Positions 24,001-31,905 of a DNA stretch of 32,000 bases are shown one piece after another. This DNA comes from Candidatus Saccharimonadota bacterium (GTDB lineage Bacteria > Patescibacteriota > Saccharimonadia > Saccharimonadales > Saccharimonadaceae): positions 840,001-872,000 of the forward strand of contig CP060232.1 in assembly GCA_023898645.1 (NCBI GenBank). The letters run 5' to 3'. The notes under the pieces are model-generated. The model was not told the DNA's origin. It was given only the letters and a program-made list of their open reading frames with translations, and made no database searches. Every line of letters starts with the position of its first letter. Position 1 is the stretch's first letter. The position numbers were made by a program, and so were the translations under genes.

Positions 24001-24104
24001 CCGCTGCTACTACAAAACCGGAACCGATAAAATCAGAATCAAAGCCATCACCATCGGAAAAGCAAAAAGACGACGGTACTCTGGGACTGCTCAAAATCCG
24101 CTAG
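21075..24104 (+). CDS. Membrane-anchored TraD/TraG/VirD4-like (type IV coupling protein-like) P-loop ATPase with an unassigned N-domain and a Lys/Glu/Pro-rich tail
   Basis: N-terminal TM segment (ISWIINLILSWYVWIPAVLILGYL). About 400 aa that I cannot assign. Walker A HMYIIGQTGAGKSG. Walker B RRPFYLYVDEFQNFAT. TraD/TraG-C-like LSEARKYGLNLTVANQYISQM. The last 230 aa or so are low complexity (..KKKRTRNRRKKSQAKEADDNQKDD..). A GTG at 21054 is an alternative start. Confidence 0.8.
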   Translation: MEVISWIINLILSWYVWIPAVLILGYLTWRNYQQIDAVRAIESTLLILEIPKANDKSELAAEQLFASLHGILRDKDELKQTGGIQEHLSFEIASVNGQIRFYVWVPTALRSFVEGQIYSQYPTVQIHEADEDYVAHERDHSVVYTSDITLTGSEFLPIKTFQSFEVDPLAGITGTLAKLETTGEELWVQVLVRPIADDWHKSTERWIKNVKSGGGGFMSALSEGKGFDAKWFLGLLEALWRPPEQGANGKPETPELSDRDKTRISEAETKATKLGYQVKIRLVYLGESQTNAKLQMQAIVGTFKQFNSTNLNGFKMTNASFRKEDLERYRARLFADKGYILNIEEVASVFHLPHTNVETPNIVWASSKTAEPPAKLPVLTGDDAIDENISAFGLTNFRGINHQFGMLRVDRSRHMYIIGQTGAGKSGTLALLALSDIFHNQGYAIIDPHGDFAVDNMKFIPASRLKDVVYFNPADTAYPLGFNPLEVTDPNMKSNISSEVIGVLERMFSNSWGPRLEYILRYTILALLDRPETTMLDITRMLTDKKFRKETLSYCKDTVVLQFWNIEFSSWTEKFQAEAIAPILNKVGAFTANPIIRNIIGQPKSTFNIRQMMDEGKILIVNLSKGLLGEDNSSVLGAFLVTKIQLAAMSRSDIPNIEDRRPFYLYVDEFQNFATDSFATILSEARKYGLNLTVANQYISQMSETVRDAVFGNVGTMISFRVSADDAPILSKQFEPQFEANDLLQMHNRNFVINMVIRGEKAPAFSARTLQLPPAQTDNSAVIIEHTRANYSRKREDVEQAINNLIQPPEHLQRKGPGNPKTPAQAKQWPIDEGAKPVASATRQPASTEPNRPKFIIETPQGEAAVANRVETTPRPTLGPKPVTRVEDDDKSKEVPPKSADEPKEEQPVKKKRTRNRRKKSQAKEADDNQKDDASKNAKTEQTSEPKPDTREREKKSDTQPERKQSRADERQPRVAAATTKPEPIKSESKPSPSEKQKDDGTLGLLKIR

Positions 24105-24150
24105 TCTGATAGCCGTGATACAATAAAACAAACATAAGCAGCTATTTTTC

Positions 24151-24456
24151 ATGGATCAACAATCAATACAATCACTCCTAGGCGGCTCAGAGTCACAAAA
24201 CCAGCAGCAGCTCGTTAATCAGCTGATAGATAAAGTGCAGCCGCAATTGCAGCTGCTAATCACCATCAGCATCGTACTGTCTATCATAATCGTCGTCTTG
24301 ATGCTTGTGAATTGGCTTTACAAATGGCGTGTCGAACGAGCTATATTACGCATGGACAAAAATCTGCAAATACTCGTCGACAAGCATGTTGATGTGTCTT
24401 CGAACGAAAAGGGTGGCACAAAATTTACACCCGAAAAGCAAACAGAACAAAAATAG
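24151..24456 (+). CDS. Small single-TM protein (101 aa), Gln-rich N-terminus
   Basis: MDQQSIQSLLGGSESQNQQQLVNQL...LLITISIVLSIIIVVLMLVNWLY... No obvious SD. Its stop codon lies inside the left copy of the AAAAATAGAAC repeat. Confidence 0.5.
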   Translation: MDQQSIQSLLGGSESQNQQQLVNQLIDKVQPQLQLLITISIVLSIIIVVLMLVNWLYKWRVERAILRMDKNLQILVDKHVDVSSNEKGGTKFTPEKQTEQK

Positions 24457-24459
24457 AAC
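24444..24459. repeat. Left copy of the direct repeat GAACAAAAATAGAAC (AGAAC-AAAAAT-AGAAC)
   Basis: The 15-mer at 24445-24459 is identical to 25157-25171. Confidence 0.9.
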
Positions 24460-24530
24460 ACTTTCTAGTTGTTCCTGAAGGCCTACCAGATATCATACGC
24501 TTGTAGATATAAGCTTTGGGAGCGTAATCT

Positions 24531-24549
24531 ACCCCTGTTCGACCCCTGT
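24531..24549. repeat. ACCCCTGT x2 direct repeat, 11-bp period
   Basis: ACCCCTGT at 24531-24538 and at 24542-24549. Confidence 0.85.
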
Positions 24550-24973
24550 AAATATAAAGTTAGGTGAATGGGCAATAATACATATAAATGCGCACAGACA
24601 AACGACAAACGAGAACATAAACAAATAAGCAGGGCAGAAAGTAGGGCAAACACAAAAATATACACAGAACGAAATGAAATAAGGCCAAAATACATATGTG
24701 CACGTTCACGATCAATACAGTGTCTTAACGTCGCACAATATATCTTTTACGACATAAAGTTTATAAACATAAGATGATTCACTATGCCTTTATATTAACC
24801 TCCAATAGGGGGGTCTGCTCGTATAAACACCTAGACGTAACTATACTCGCGTGTTTACATGTGTATGTCGCTCTACGTGTATAACATTAACGGCCTGCCA
24901 ATGACCTGATCCTGGGAGTTAGTTATCACGGGCGTCATACGTCGCTTTTCACAACACCCTACATAGTGAGACG

Positions 24974-25005
24974 CATTTGACTTTGCTTAAAATACATTTG
25001 ACTTT
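24974..25005. repeat. CATTTGACTTT x2 direct repeat, 21-bp period
   Basis: Identical 11-mers at 24974-24984 and 24995-25005. Confidence 0.85.
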
Positions 25006-25149
25006 TAGGTTTTTCCACAGTCTTGTAATTATTTCCAGTAGATTTTCGTCTCCTCTTTTTTCGCCTGCCTCCCCTACTTTTCACGCAGTATTTGCTTTTT
25101 TGTTAATTTGATATGTTAATATAGTTTTTTTCATATTGCGCATATTTAC

Positions 25150-25171
25150 AAAAATAGAACAAAAATAGAAC
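25150..25171. repeat. AAAAATAGAAC x2 tandem repeat (11-bp period); right copy of the 15-bp direct repeat
   Basis: AAAAATAGAAC occurs at 25150-25160 and 25161-25171. A third copy lies at 24449-24459. Confidence 0.9.
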
Positions 25172-25209
25172 TTACGAGAGAGAGGTGAAGGGAGTATGTC
25201 GCATCAAAA

Positions 25210-26151
25210 CTATCGATAAAACGCCTCGCCTGATACGCGGACATCTATATACTTTGGCGTAATATGATGCTTGTTGAAATAGTGAATGGCATTGAGCATA
25301 TCCTCTACCTGCTCCCCTACTGGACGGTCTAGTGAGAGTTTAACTGGGTACTTATGCCCTTTCACTACTACTTCGATTTGATGCGTAGTACCCGCTGGGA
25401 TGATTGCCTCGCTGATAGTAAGGTTAGAGGCGCGCGCCAGAGTTACGGTCCTACCAACGAAGCGCAAGAACTGGCTGCTTGCAATCGTCGCTCCTGCTGC
25501 CTGCGGAATACTGCTATTATCTATGATTTTTACAGTGGGATTGTCGAAATAATTAACCTTGAACGACACTCCATCTTGATCAACGTAATACTGCGTCTGT
25601 CCTATGAGCCAACCTGCAATTGGCCGTCGGAAGAGTAGATCAAACTGGGTAGTAGCAAACCCTGACGCGCCACCTACCTCAGCATCGGCAACTTCTGGCA
25701 CGGATTGTGACAAATATTTTGACAATTCATTTATATTGAGTGCAAAACGTAATCTTTCAATCGGATGAATGGCAAAATAATCGTTTATTGCCTTTTTGTA
25801 GCGTGACTCATCAATAGATATACTATCCGTGGCGGTAACATTTACACCAGCCGTAAAGTCGTACAGTAACCACGTCAAAAAGCACGACGCAGCGACTACG
25901 ACGACAAGTGCAGTCATAATCATCCGCCTGTGAGCCGTCAAATGATGAACATGTGCTCTTGGCGAGCGAAGATCGCCGGTCAACTCACCTGCACTTTTAA
26001 CTTGGAAAGACATACTGCCAACTAGCGTACGGTTGCGCCGAAACATTTTTTGTCCATTGCGTTCAGCCGTATTTTGCTGCTCCAATTGTTCAGCGTTCAG
26101 TCGCCGACGCTTCGGAAGTTCATTACTCTTTTTTGCCCACGGAAGTTTCAT
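25210..26151 (-). CDS. ftsQ: Cell division protein FtsQ (basic N-terminal tail, TM, POTRA)
   Basis: Position after murG. Single TM (MIMTALVVVVAASCFLTWLLY) followed by a POTRA/FtsQ-like domain. Sequence similarity is weak, so the call rests mainly on architecture and synteny. Confidence 0.7.
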   Translation of the reverse strand: MKLPWAKKSNELPKRRRLNAEQLEQQNTAERNGQKMFRRNRTLVGSMSFQVKSAGELTGDLRSPRAHVHHLTAHRRMIMTALVVVVAASCFLTWLLYDFTAGVNVTATDSISIDESRYKKAINDYFAIHPIERLRFALNINELSKYLSQSVPEVADAEVGGASGFATTQFDLLFRRPIAGWLIGQTQYYVDQDGVSFKVNYFDNPTVKIIDNSSIPQAAGATIASSQFLRFVGRTVTLARASNLTISEAIIPAGTTHQIEVVVKGHKYPVKLSLDRPVGEQVEDMLNAIHYFNKHHITPKYIDVRVSGEAFYR

Positions 26152-26154
26152 TGT

Positions 26155-27309
26155 TTAACGTTTCCGCGCGGCGCTCATTATTATAGTAGCCAGGTCTCGG
26201 GCCGCGTCAGGACGAGCCAAGCGGTGTAAATTATGCTCTAATTTTTTACGTAATACGGTGTCACTCAGCACACGGCTGACGGCTGTAACTAACGACGCGT
26301 CCCCAGGCTCGTTGAACATATCCTCGTCTAGCAGATAAACTGCTTGCATGTCTACGTATAGCTTGGCGTGCTTTACTTGCCATGTCAGACGTTTACTTGG
26401 CACAACAATCGTCGGCCTCGTTAATGCAGCCAGCTCAAGTAGCGCCGTTGCACCTGCTCTCGTCACAACGACGTCCGCAGCACCAAGTAATTCCGGTAGA
26501 CCGTGTGAAATGAAAGCCTCCAATTTAAACCTTCGGTCATTTTGCGGAGTCAGGCTACGAAGCTCGTCATAATTCGCCGATCCCGCCACAAGCACGACAT
26601 TAGTCACGGCCAATAATTCGTCAAGGTGAAGCGCTACGGCATCGTTAATTTGCCGCGCCCCTTGTCCGCCACCAATAAACACCGTCAGTGGACGACTTGA
26701 ATCAAAACCAAGAGATTTTTTTACAGCCTGACGCTTCTTATCAGTGAGAGGCCGATACGCATTATCGATTGGAATGCCGACATACGAGGTCTTTTTAGCA
26801 GGATAGTTGTAATGATCTAACGAGACACCCGTGGCAATTCGTTTTGCAAATGGAGCGAGCAATCTATTCGTCAAACCAGGATGCGCGTCGCTGTCATGGA
26901 TTACTACGGGAATACGCAGTATCCACGCCGCCAGGCCCACGGGTAGGCATACGTATCCACCCTTTAAAAATACGACATTTGGTCGCCATATAAGCAAATT
27001 GAGAAAACTTTGACACAGACCGACTGCAACGAGAAACAAATCACGAATGTTAAGAAATACTACCGATGGGACTAATAAGTGTTGTAATTTTGACAAATGT
27101 TGATATCGCCTGAACTTCCCTCCCCATACGGTCTGGACACGAATATTTGGATCGTATTCAGCCATTATTTTGCGTGCTTCAGTCACGAAATGACGATCGC
27201 ACCAAAAACGTACAATCAATTCAGGATGAGTCTGGCGCAGTTCACGCAGGACGGCGACGACCGGCGTGACGTGACCGCCCGACCCCCCGCCGACGCTGAG
27301 AATCTTCAT
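26155..27309 (-). CDS. murG: UDP-N-acetylglucosamine--N-acetylmuramyl-(pentapeptide) pyrophosphoryl-undecaprenol GlcNAc transferase
   Basis: MKILSVGGGSGGHVTPVVAV (G-loop), FIGGGQGAR, VVTRAGATALLELAAL. The ATG at 27309 has a better-spaced G-rich RBS than the ATG at 27315. Confidence 0.9.
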   Translation of the reverse strand: MKILSVGGGSGGHVTPVVAVLRELRQTHPELIVRFWCDRHFVTEARKIMAEYDPNIRVQTVWGGKFRRYQHLSKLQHLLVPSVVFLNIRDLFLVAVGLCQSFLNLLIWRPNVVFLKGGYVCLPVGLAAWILRIPVVIHDSDAHPGLTNRLLAPFAKRIATGVSLDHYNYPAKKTSYVGIPIDNAYRPLTDKKRQAVKKSLGFDSSRPLTVFIGGGQGARQINDAVALHLDELLAVTNVVLVAGSANYDELRSLTPQNDRRFKLEAFISHGLPELLGAADVVVTRAGATALLELAALTRPTIVVPSKRLTWQVKHAKLYVDMQAVYLLDEDMFNEPGDASLVTAVSRVLSDTVLRKKLEHNLHRLARPDAARDLATIIMSAARKR

Positions 27310-28534
27310 AGCCATTCCCCCCTAGTTTACTACCGAATACCGTGTAACGCGACAGTTGAAATGCCAAACCGAGCGCAGCTGCAATAAATACCATGCTAGT
27401 ACCGCCAAAACTAAGAAGTGGCAGCGTAATACCCGTAAGAGGAATAACCCCTGTCATAGCACCAACATTCAAAATCACGTGCGCTCCCAACCATCCGAAG
27501 ACGCCCCCTACAACAATTCGCTCACGTACATCCGACAAGTTATCTGCCACTCTTAAAAGTCGCATCAAAAGAGCCGTAAATAGTCCTAATATCGCAACGA
27601 GTCCAACAAATCCGAACGTCTCACCCATAATGGCAAAAACCGAGTCATTAATTGCTTCTGGCAAATACCCGGTTGCCTCGACACTATTGCCTATACCCAC
27701 GCCAAACAGACCGCCCGATCCGATTGCCATTTTTGCATGCGCTATATGATAATCACCGGCACCAACAACCGAACTACTATCACCGTTTAAAAATGTCAAA
27801 ACACGATCAATTCGATGTGGCGCAATCAAAATAAAGAACACTCCGGCCAACAGCGACACGCCTAAAAGCGAAAGTCCTATCTTATATTTCAGCCCAGAAA
27901 CGTATAGCATTGCCGCAATCATAATTACGAGGGTAATACCCGTACCCATGTCTTTTTGTATCCCGATTATAAATATTAGAGCAGTTCCAACTAGAACGCC
28001 AAGCGGTACAAGTGTTTGCGACCAATCGTTTATAAGCCCCTGCTTTACTCGTACACCTAAAAAACCCGCTAAGTATATCAATATTCCAAACTTTAAGAAC
28101 TCAGCAGGCTGCAAACTGCCGAGGGGGCCAAGACTAAACCATCGACACGCGCCAAGACTACATTGCGCGATTGCACTAACGTGTAATAAATTTCCAAAGA
28201 AAACCAACAATACACACGCCGCAAAACCAGCAACAACAATCTTACCTGAATGCCTTAAAAGTATTTTAAACGGTAATGAAGCAACAACGACAAAGGCTAC
28301 CGTCGCCAAAAAGAGACTAATTGTCTGCTTTATGAAAAAGTACGTTGAACTGTAATAGTCTGTACCATACGAATTATTTAATACATTAGCCCTCTGCGGA
28401 CCAATTGCATACATAATAATCAAGCCCAGTAGCATCAAAAGTCCCATATAAAGCGCAATATGACGGTCAGGATTATGCCGACGAACAAACGGAGCATCAG
28501 CGACACGCTGTGAAAGTTGCCGTCGTAAACTCAC
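27242..28534 (-). CDS. ftsW: FtsW/RodA/SpoVE-family peptidoglycan polymerase / lipid II flippase
   Basis: About 10 TM segments. GSGGLFGVGIGNSVEATGYLPEAINDSVFAIMGETFGFVG. GTG start at 28534, 8 nt after GGGAGGG, overlapping the mraY TAG by 1 nt. The ORF-track start at 28600 lies inside mraY. Confidence 0.88.
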   Translation of the reverse strand: MSLRRQLSQRVADAPFVRRHNPDRHIALYMGLLMLLGLIIMYAIGPQRANVLNNSYGTDYYSSTYFFIKQTISLFLATVAFVVVASLPFKILLRHSGKIVVAGFAACVLLVFFGNLLHVSAIAQCSLGACRWFSLGPLGSLQPAEFLKFGILIYLAGFLGVRVKQGLINDWSQTLVPLGVLVGTALIFIIGIQKDMGTGITLVIMIAAMLYVSGLKYKIGLSLLGVSLLAGVFFILIAPHRIDRVLTFLNGDSSSVVGAGDYHIAHAKMAIGSGGLFGVGIGNSVEATGYLPEAINDSVFAIMGETFGFVGLVAILGLFTALLMRLLRVADNLSDVRERIVVGGVFGWLGAHVILNVGAMTGVIPLTGITLPLLSFGGTSMVFIAAALGLAFQLSRYTVFGSKLGGNGYEDSQRRRGVGRSRHAGRRRPA

Positions 28535-29559
28535 TATATATGCCCTCCCGCAAGTGCTAATAGTACGCCAGCGAACGCGGCAACCGCACCAATAACCCAA
28601 AAACGCATCGTCACCTTAGTTTCCGGCCAGCCAATAGCTTCAAGGTGATGATGAATGGGTGCTGAAATAAATACTTTTCTATGAAAAACACGCTTACTAA
28701 ATATCTGCACTAAACTAGAGCCGGCCTCAAAGACAAATACGATACCTATAACGGGTAGCAAGAACAAGGTATTCGTCATCATAGCCACAACACCGAGTGA
28801 AGTACCGAGCGCGAAACTACCGACGTCACCCATGAAAAAACGTGCCGGGTAAATGTTAAACCATAGATACGCCAACAGAGCTCCGAGTACAGTAAAGCAA
28901 AAACCAGCTAACAAGAAGTGTCCTTGTAGCGTTGCAATGACACCGAATGCGCCATATGCAATCGTTAGCAACCCGCCGGCCAAACCGTCCAGCCCGTCAC
29001 TAATATTAACCGCATTGCCCGTAGCGACAACAGCAAAGGCAAAGAGTGGAATCATCCACCAACCCGCAATCCAATTGCCAAGAAACGGTAAATGAATGCT
29101 GTCGTATCCAAGCTTGACCGAGAAATACCAGCCTAGTGCTAATCCGAGGACAGTAATCATCGTAAACTTAACACTTGAACGCAACCCAGCAACTCCCCCT
29201 CCCCGTCCTTTAATATTAATCACGTCATCAAGTAGACCAACAGCCCCGCCGCCTACAAGCGCCGCAAGCGGTAGCCAAGTCTGCGCACGATCAAAGTTAA
29301 ATAATACCGTGATCATTGAAACTGCGGCTATAGCTATCACACCCGCCATCGTCGGTATATTACGCTTGAATTTATCTTCATGGAGTTTCGTAAAAACTTT
29401 GAGCATCTCGCCCGTTGTGCTGGTTTTACGCTGTTTTTTCCAGAATTTATAACGATACGCCAAATACGTATAGATAGGCGTCAACAGCATCGCCAAAATA
29501 AACGTAAGAAAACAAAGAAGAAAGGTCACTGTCAATTCATTAATGGGTTGATACGTCAT
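28534..29559 (-). CDS. mraY: Phospho-N-acetylmuramoyl-pentapeptide transferase
   Basis: NAVNISDGLDGLAGG, FMGDVGSFALG, SAPIHHHLE. Confidence 0.95.
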   Translation of the reverse strand: MTYQPINELTVTFLLCFLTFILAMLLTPIYTYLAYRYKFWKKQRKTSTTGEMLKVFTKLHEDKFKRNIPTMAGVIAIAAVSMITVLFNFDRAQTWLPLAALVGGGAVGLLDDVINIKGRGGGVAGLRSSVKFTMITVLGLALGWYFSVKLGYDSIHLPFLGNWIAGWWMIPLFAFAVVATGNAVNISDGLDGLAGGLLTIAYGAFGVIATLQGHFLLAGFCFTVLGALLAYLWFNIYPARFFMGDVGSFALGTSLGVVAMMTNTLFLLPVIGIVFVFEAGSSLVQIFSKRVFHRKVFISAPIHHHLEAIGWPETKVTMRFWVIGAVAAFAGVLLALAGGHI

Positions 29560-29563
29560 TCTT

Positions 29564-31303
29564 TTAGCCTTTCGGTTGGAGCTTTAAATAATCGATTAAC
29601 CAGTTTGATACGTCGGTAAATATTGGCGCTGCATCGTGCGCGCCCTGAAGGTTTTTACCCTTGCCGGACACCTGCACCATTATGACATACCGCGCTACAT
29701 TATCTCCGCCAAATCCAATATAAGTACCCACCGTTTGTGTAAATGAATACCGCCCATTCACAAGCGCCTGAGACGTGCCCGTCTTACCACCAATCTGATA
29801 ACCAGCAGGGTCGACTGCACCGTTGTCGCGCCTATCAACCTCGAGCATTTTTTTCACTTTTCGCGACGTGTCCGGATTGACAACCTGGTGAGATATCTTC
29901 GGATTGGCTGCCGTAAGATTGCCGTCATTGTCTACAGTGCCAGCAATGACAGTAGGCTCATAATAAACACCTCCATTAATTATCGAGCTGAACGCTGACG
30001 CCATCTGAATCATCGTTATGTCCATCCCCTGCCCAAATACCATGTTTGAATAGCGCACTGCATTTCCTTGTACGCTGTCTGGGGAAATAATAATCCCCGG
30101 CGATTCGCCAGTAAGTTCAATACCAGTCAATCGTCCAAATCCAAATCGATTATGAAAATAATCATAAATCGTATCGCGTGCTTTCTTAGTGATATGAGAA
30201 CCATCACCAAGACGTTCCGCAATAGTCACCATGCCAGTGTTTAACGAATCTGTCAGTGCTGTTTGCATGGTCTGAGTACCAAGGGCTTCCGTAGTGGAGG
30301 CGTTCTGAATAGTTGTCCCGTCCACCTGAATAGTGCCTCTGTTATAAAAGGTGGATGACGGAGTAATGATATTTTTATCGAGACCAGCTGAAATTGTCAA
30401 TGACTTCACTACGGAACCAGCCTCATATGGTGCCGATATGATAGCATTTTGATACACGCTTTCGCTTTTCACCCTACCATAATCAGTGGGGTTATACGTA
30501 GGCAAATTCGCCATTGCCATAACCCTGCCAGTCTGCGGATCCATAACGACAGCACTGCCGTTTGTCGCACCCGTGCGCTTCAAGCCAGCAGCCAATGCTT
30601 TTTCGGTATACGACTGGATGTTACGATCAAGTGTCAGAGCAATATTTTGACCGTTTTTTGCAGGTATATCGACGTTCTGATTGCCAATCGTAAGCGGTAC
30701 GCCACTAACGTCAGTAACAGATTTTAATAATCCGTCCTTTCCTGTTAACTGATCATTCAACGCTCCTTCAATACCATACTGTCCATCTCCATTGGCATTC
30801 ACAAACCCCAATGTTTGTGCCGCTAGACTTCCCTCTGGGTAGACTCTTTGTGACTGCTCCTGAAACCCAATTCCGGTAAAATTCTCTTTTTTTATTGACT
30901 CCGCCTGTCGACGTGTCAAAGCAGTTCCAAGTATCTGATACCTAGTGTCTTTCCGACCGAGAAGCGAATCAAGATTTGGCCTAAGGTTGCTTCCCGCCAA
31001 ACGTCGAATCGTACTAACAACCTTGCCGGGATCCGAAACTTCAGTCGGATCGGCAAACATCGTATATACCGTCTGATTAATGACCAGAGGCACAGGCGAA
31101 GATCCATCAAGCCCATAAATAAGTCCACGTTTCGCAGGAATAATTAATGGCTTTATCTGTTCAGCGTCAGATTGCTTGACATAATAATCGTGTTTCATGA
31201 TTTGCAAATAAAACAAACGACTGACAAATATAAACATTATGCCAAGTAAAAGTACGGCAAGAACTTTTGAACGACTACCTTTATGAAACGCCAACGGCTG
31301 CAT
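29564..31303 (-). CDS. ftsI: Penicillin-binding protein 2/3-type transpeptidase (FtsI)
   Basis: N-terminal TM plus dimerisation domain. SxxK (GSVVKS), SxN (DSLNTG), KTG (GGKTGTSQ). Confidence 0.92.
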   Translation of the reverse strand: MQPLAFHKGSRSKVLAVLLLGIMFIFVSRLFYLQIMKHDYYVKQSDAEQIKPLIIPAKRGLIYGLDGSSPVPLVINQTVYTMFADPTEVSDPGKVVSTIRRLAGSNLRPNLDSLLGRKDTRYQILGTALTRRQAESIKKENFTGIGFQEQSQRVYPEGSLAAQTLGFVNANGDGQYGIEGALNDQLTGKDGLLKSVTDVSGVPLTIGNQNVDIPAKNGQNIALTLDRNIQSYTEKALAAGLKRTGATNGSAVVMDPQTGRVMAMANLPTYNPTDYGRVKSESVYQNAIISAPYEAGSVVKSLTISAGLDKNIITPSSTFYNRGTIQVDGTTIQNASTTEALGTQTMQTALTDSLNTGMVTIAERLGDGSHITKKARDTIYDYFHNRFGFGRLTGIELTGESPGIIISPDSVQGNAVRYSNMVFGQGMDITMIQMASAFSSIINGGVYYEPTVIAGTVDNDGNLTAANPKISHQVVNPDTSRKVKKMLEVDRRDNGAVDPAGYQIGGKTGTSQALVNGRYSFTQTVGTYIGFGGDNVARYVIMVQVSGKGKNLQGAHDAAPIFTDVSNWLIDYLKLQPKG

Positions 31304-31316
31304 AAATCAATTATAC

Positions 31317-31691
31317 CTAGCGAGCATAATCCGTAGCCGCTGGAGCAACCATGGCTTTCGCCACTTTAGATTTCTGCACCGACTCCAAAGCTGTCAACCG
31401 TGCATTTTCTACCTCTAAATCACTTTTCTTCGTAGAAAGACTTGCAATCTGGTTGTCTATTTTTTGCGCTTCGTAATCATAGCTTGTTGCGCGTGTTGCT
31501 TGCGTTAAATATACCAAGCCCAACACGGTAACCATCATAGCGACTAGTATAGTGTGCATCACCGGTCCTAATTTAATGCTTGAGACAAAAGCTACCGTAT
31601 TTTGATTGCGGTTCCATCCGCCTCCACCGGCGGTCGAAAGTGATGCTCGTCTGCGGCTAGAGTAGAATTGTTGAGTTGTTTGGTATGACAT
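31317..31691 (-). CDS. ftsL: FtsL-like cell division protein (TM plus coiled coil)
   Basis: Position between rsmH and ftsI. TM segment MHTILVAMMVTVLGLVYL, then a heptad-like stretch QKIDNQIASLSTKKSDLEVENARLTALES. No SD before the ATG. Confidence 0.65.
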   Translation of the reverse strand: MSYQTTQQFYSSRRRASLSTAGGGGWNRNQNTVAFVSSIKLGPVMHTILVAMMVTVLGLVYLTQATRATSYDYEAQKIDNQIASLSTKKSDLEVENARLTALESVQKSKVAKAMVAPAATDYAR

Positions 31692-31905
31692 GTGGTGGAT
31701 TCTCGTATTCTATTTATTTTTGTTTTCGATAGGCTTGCGCTGCAGATTCTCATTAGGATCGGCTGCGCAAGCCGGCGATATGTTTCCATATCGCCTACTT
31801 GCTTTCAGGCTATTTGAATCGAACGGCGACTTTTGTGTCGACCGATTCGTTTCTCACCGGTATATGGATTGGCATGTGGTGATGCCTCCTCTTTGTTTTT
31901 TTGTT

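Noticed and set aside
24483-24777. ORFs 24483-24695 (minus strand) and 24568-24777 (plus strand)
   Set aside because: Their low-complexity translations are by-products of the purine/pyrimidine-skewed sequence. No RBS, and the two overlap each other.
25011-25019. DnaA-box-like TTTTCCACA
   Set aside because: A single one-mismatch box with no cluster and no dnaA/dnaN nearby. The flanking genes converge rather than diverge, so it is not an origin.
25094-25162. dif (XerC/D) site: half-site-like TGCGCATA (25138-25145) and TATGTTAA (25112-25119)
   Set aside because: Each matches only 8 of 11 positions of an arm. They are in the wrong order and spacing (17 nt instead of 6). No 28-bp site with inner CATAA/TTATG symmetry exists. 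Left as a check under the convergence-zone finding.
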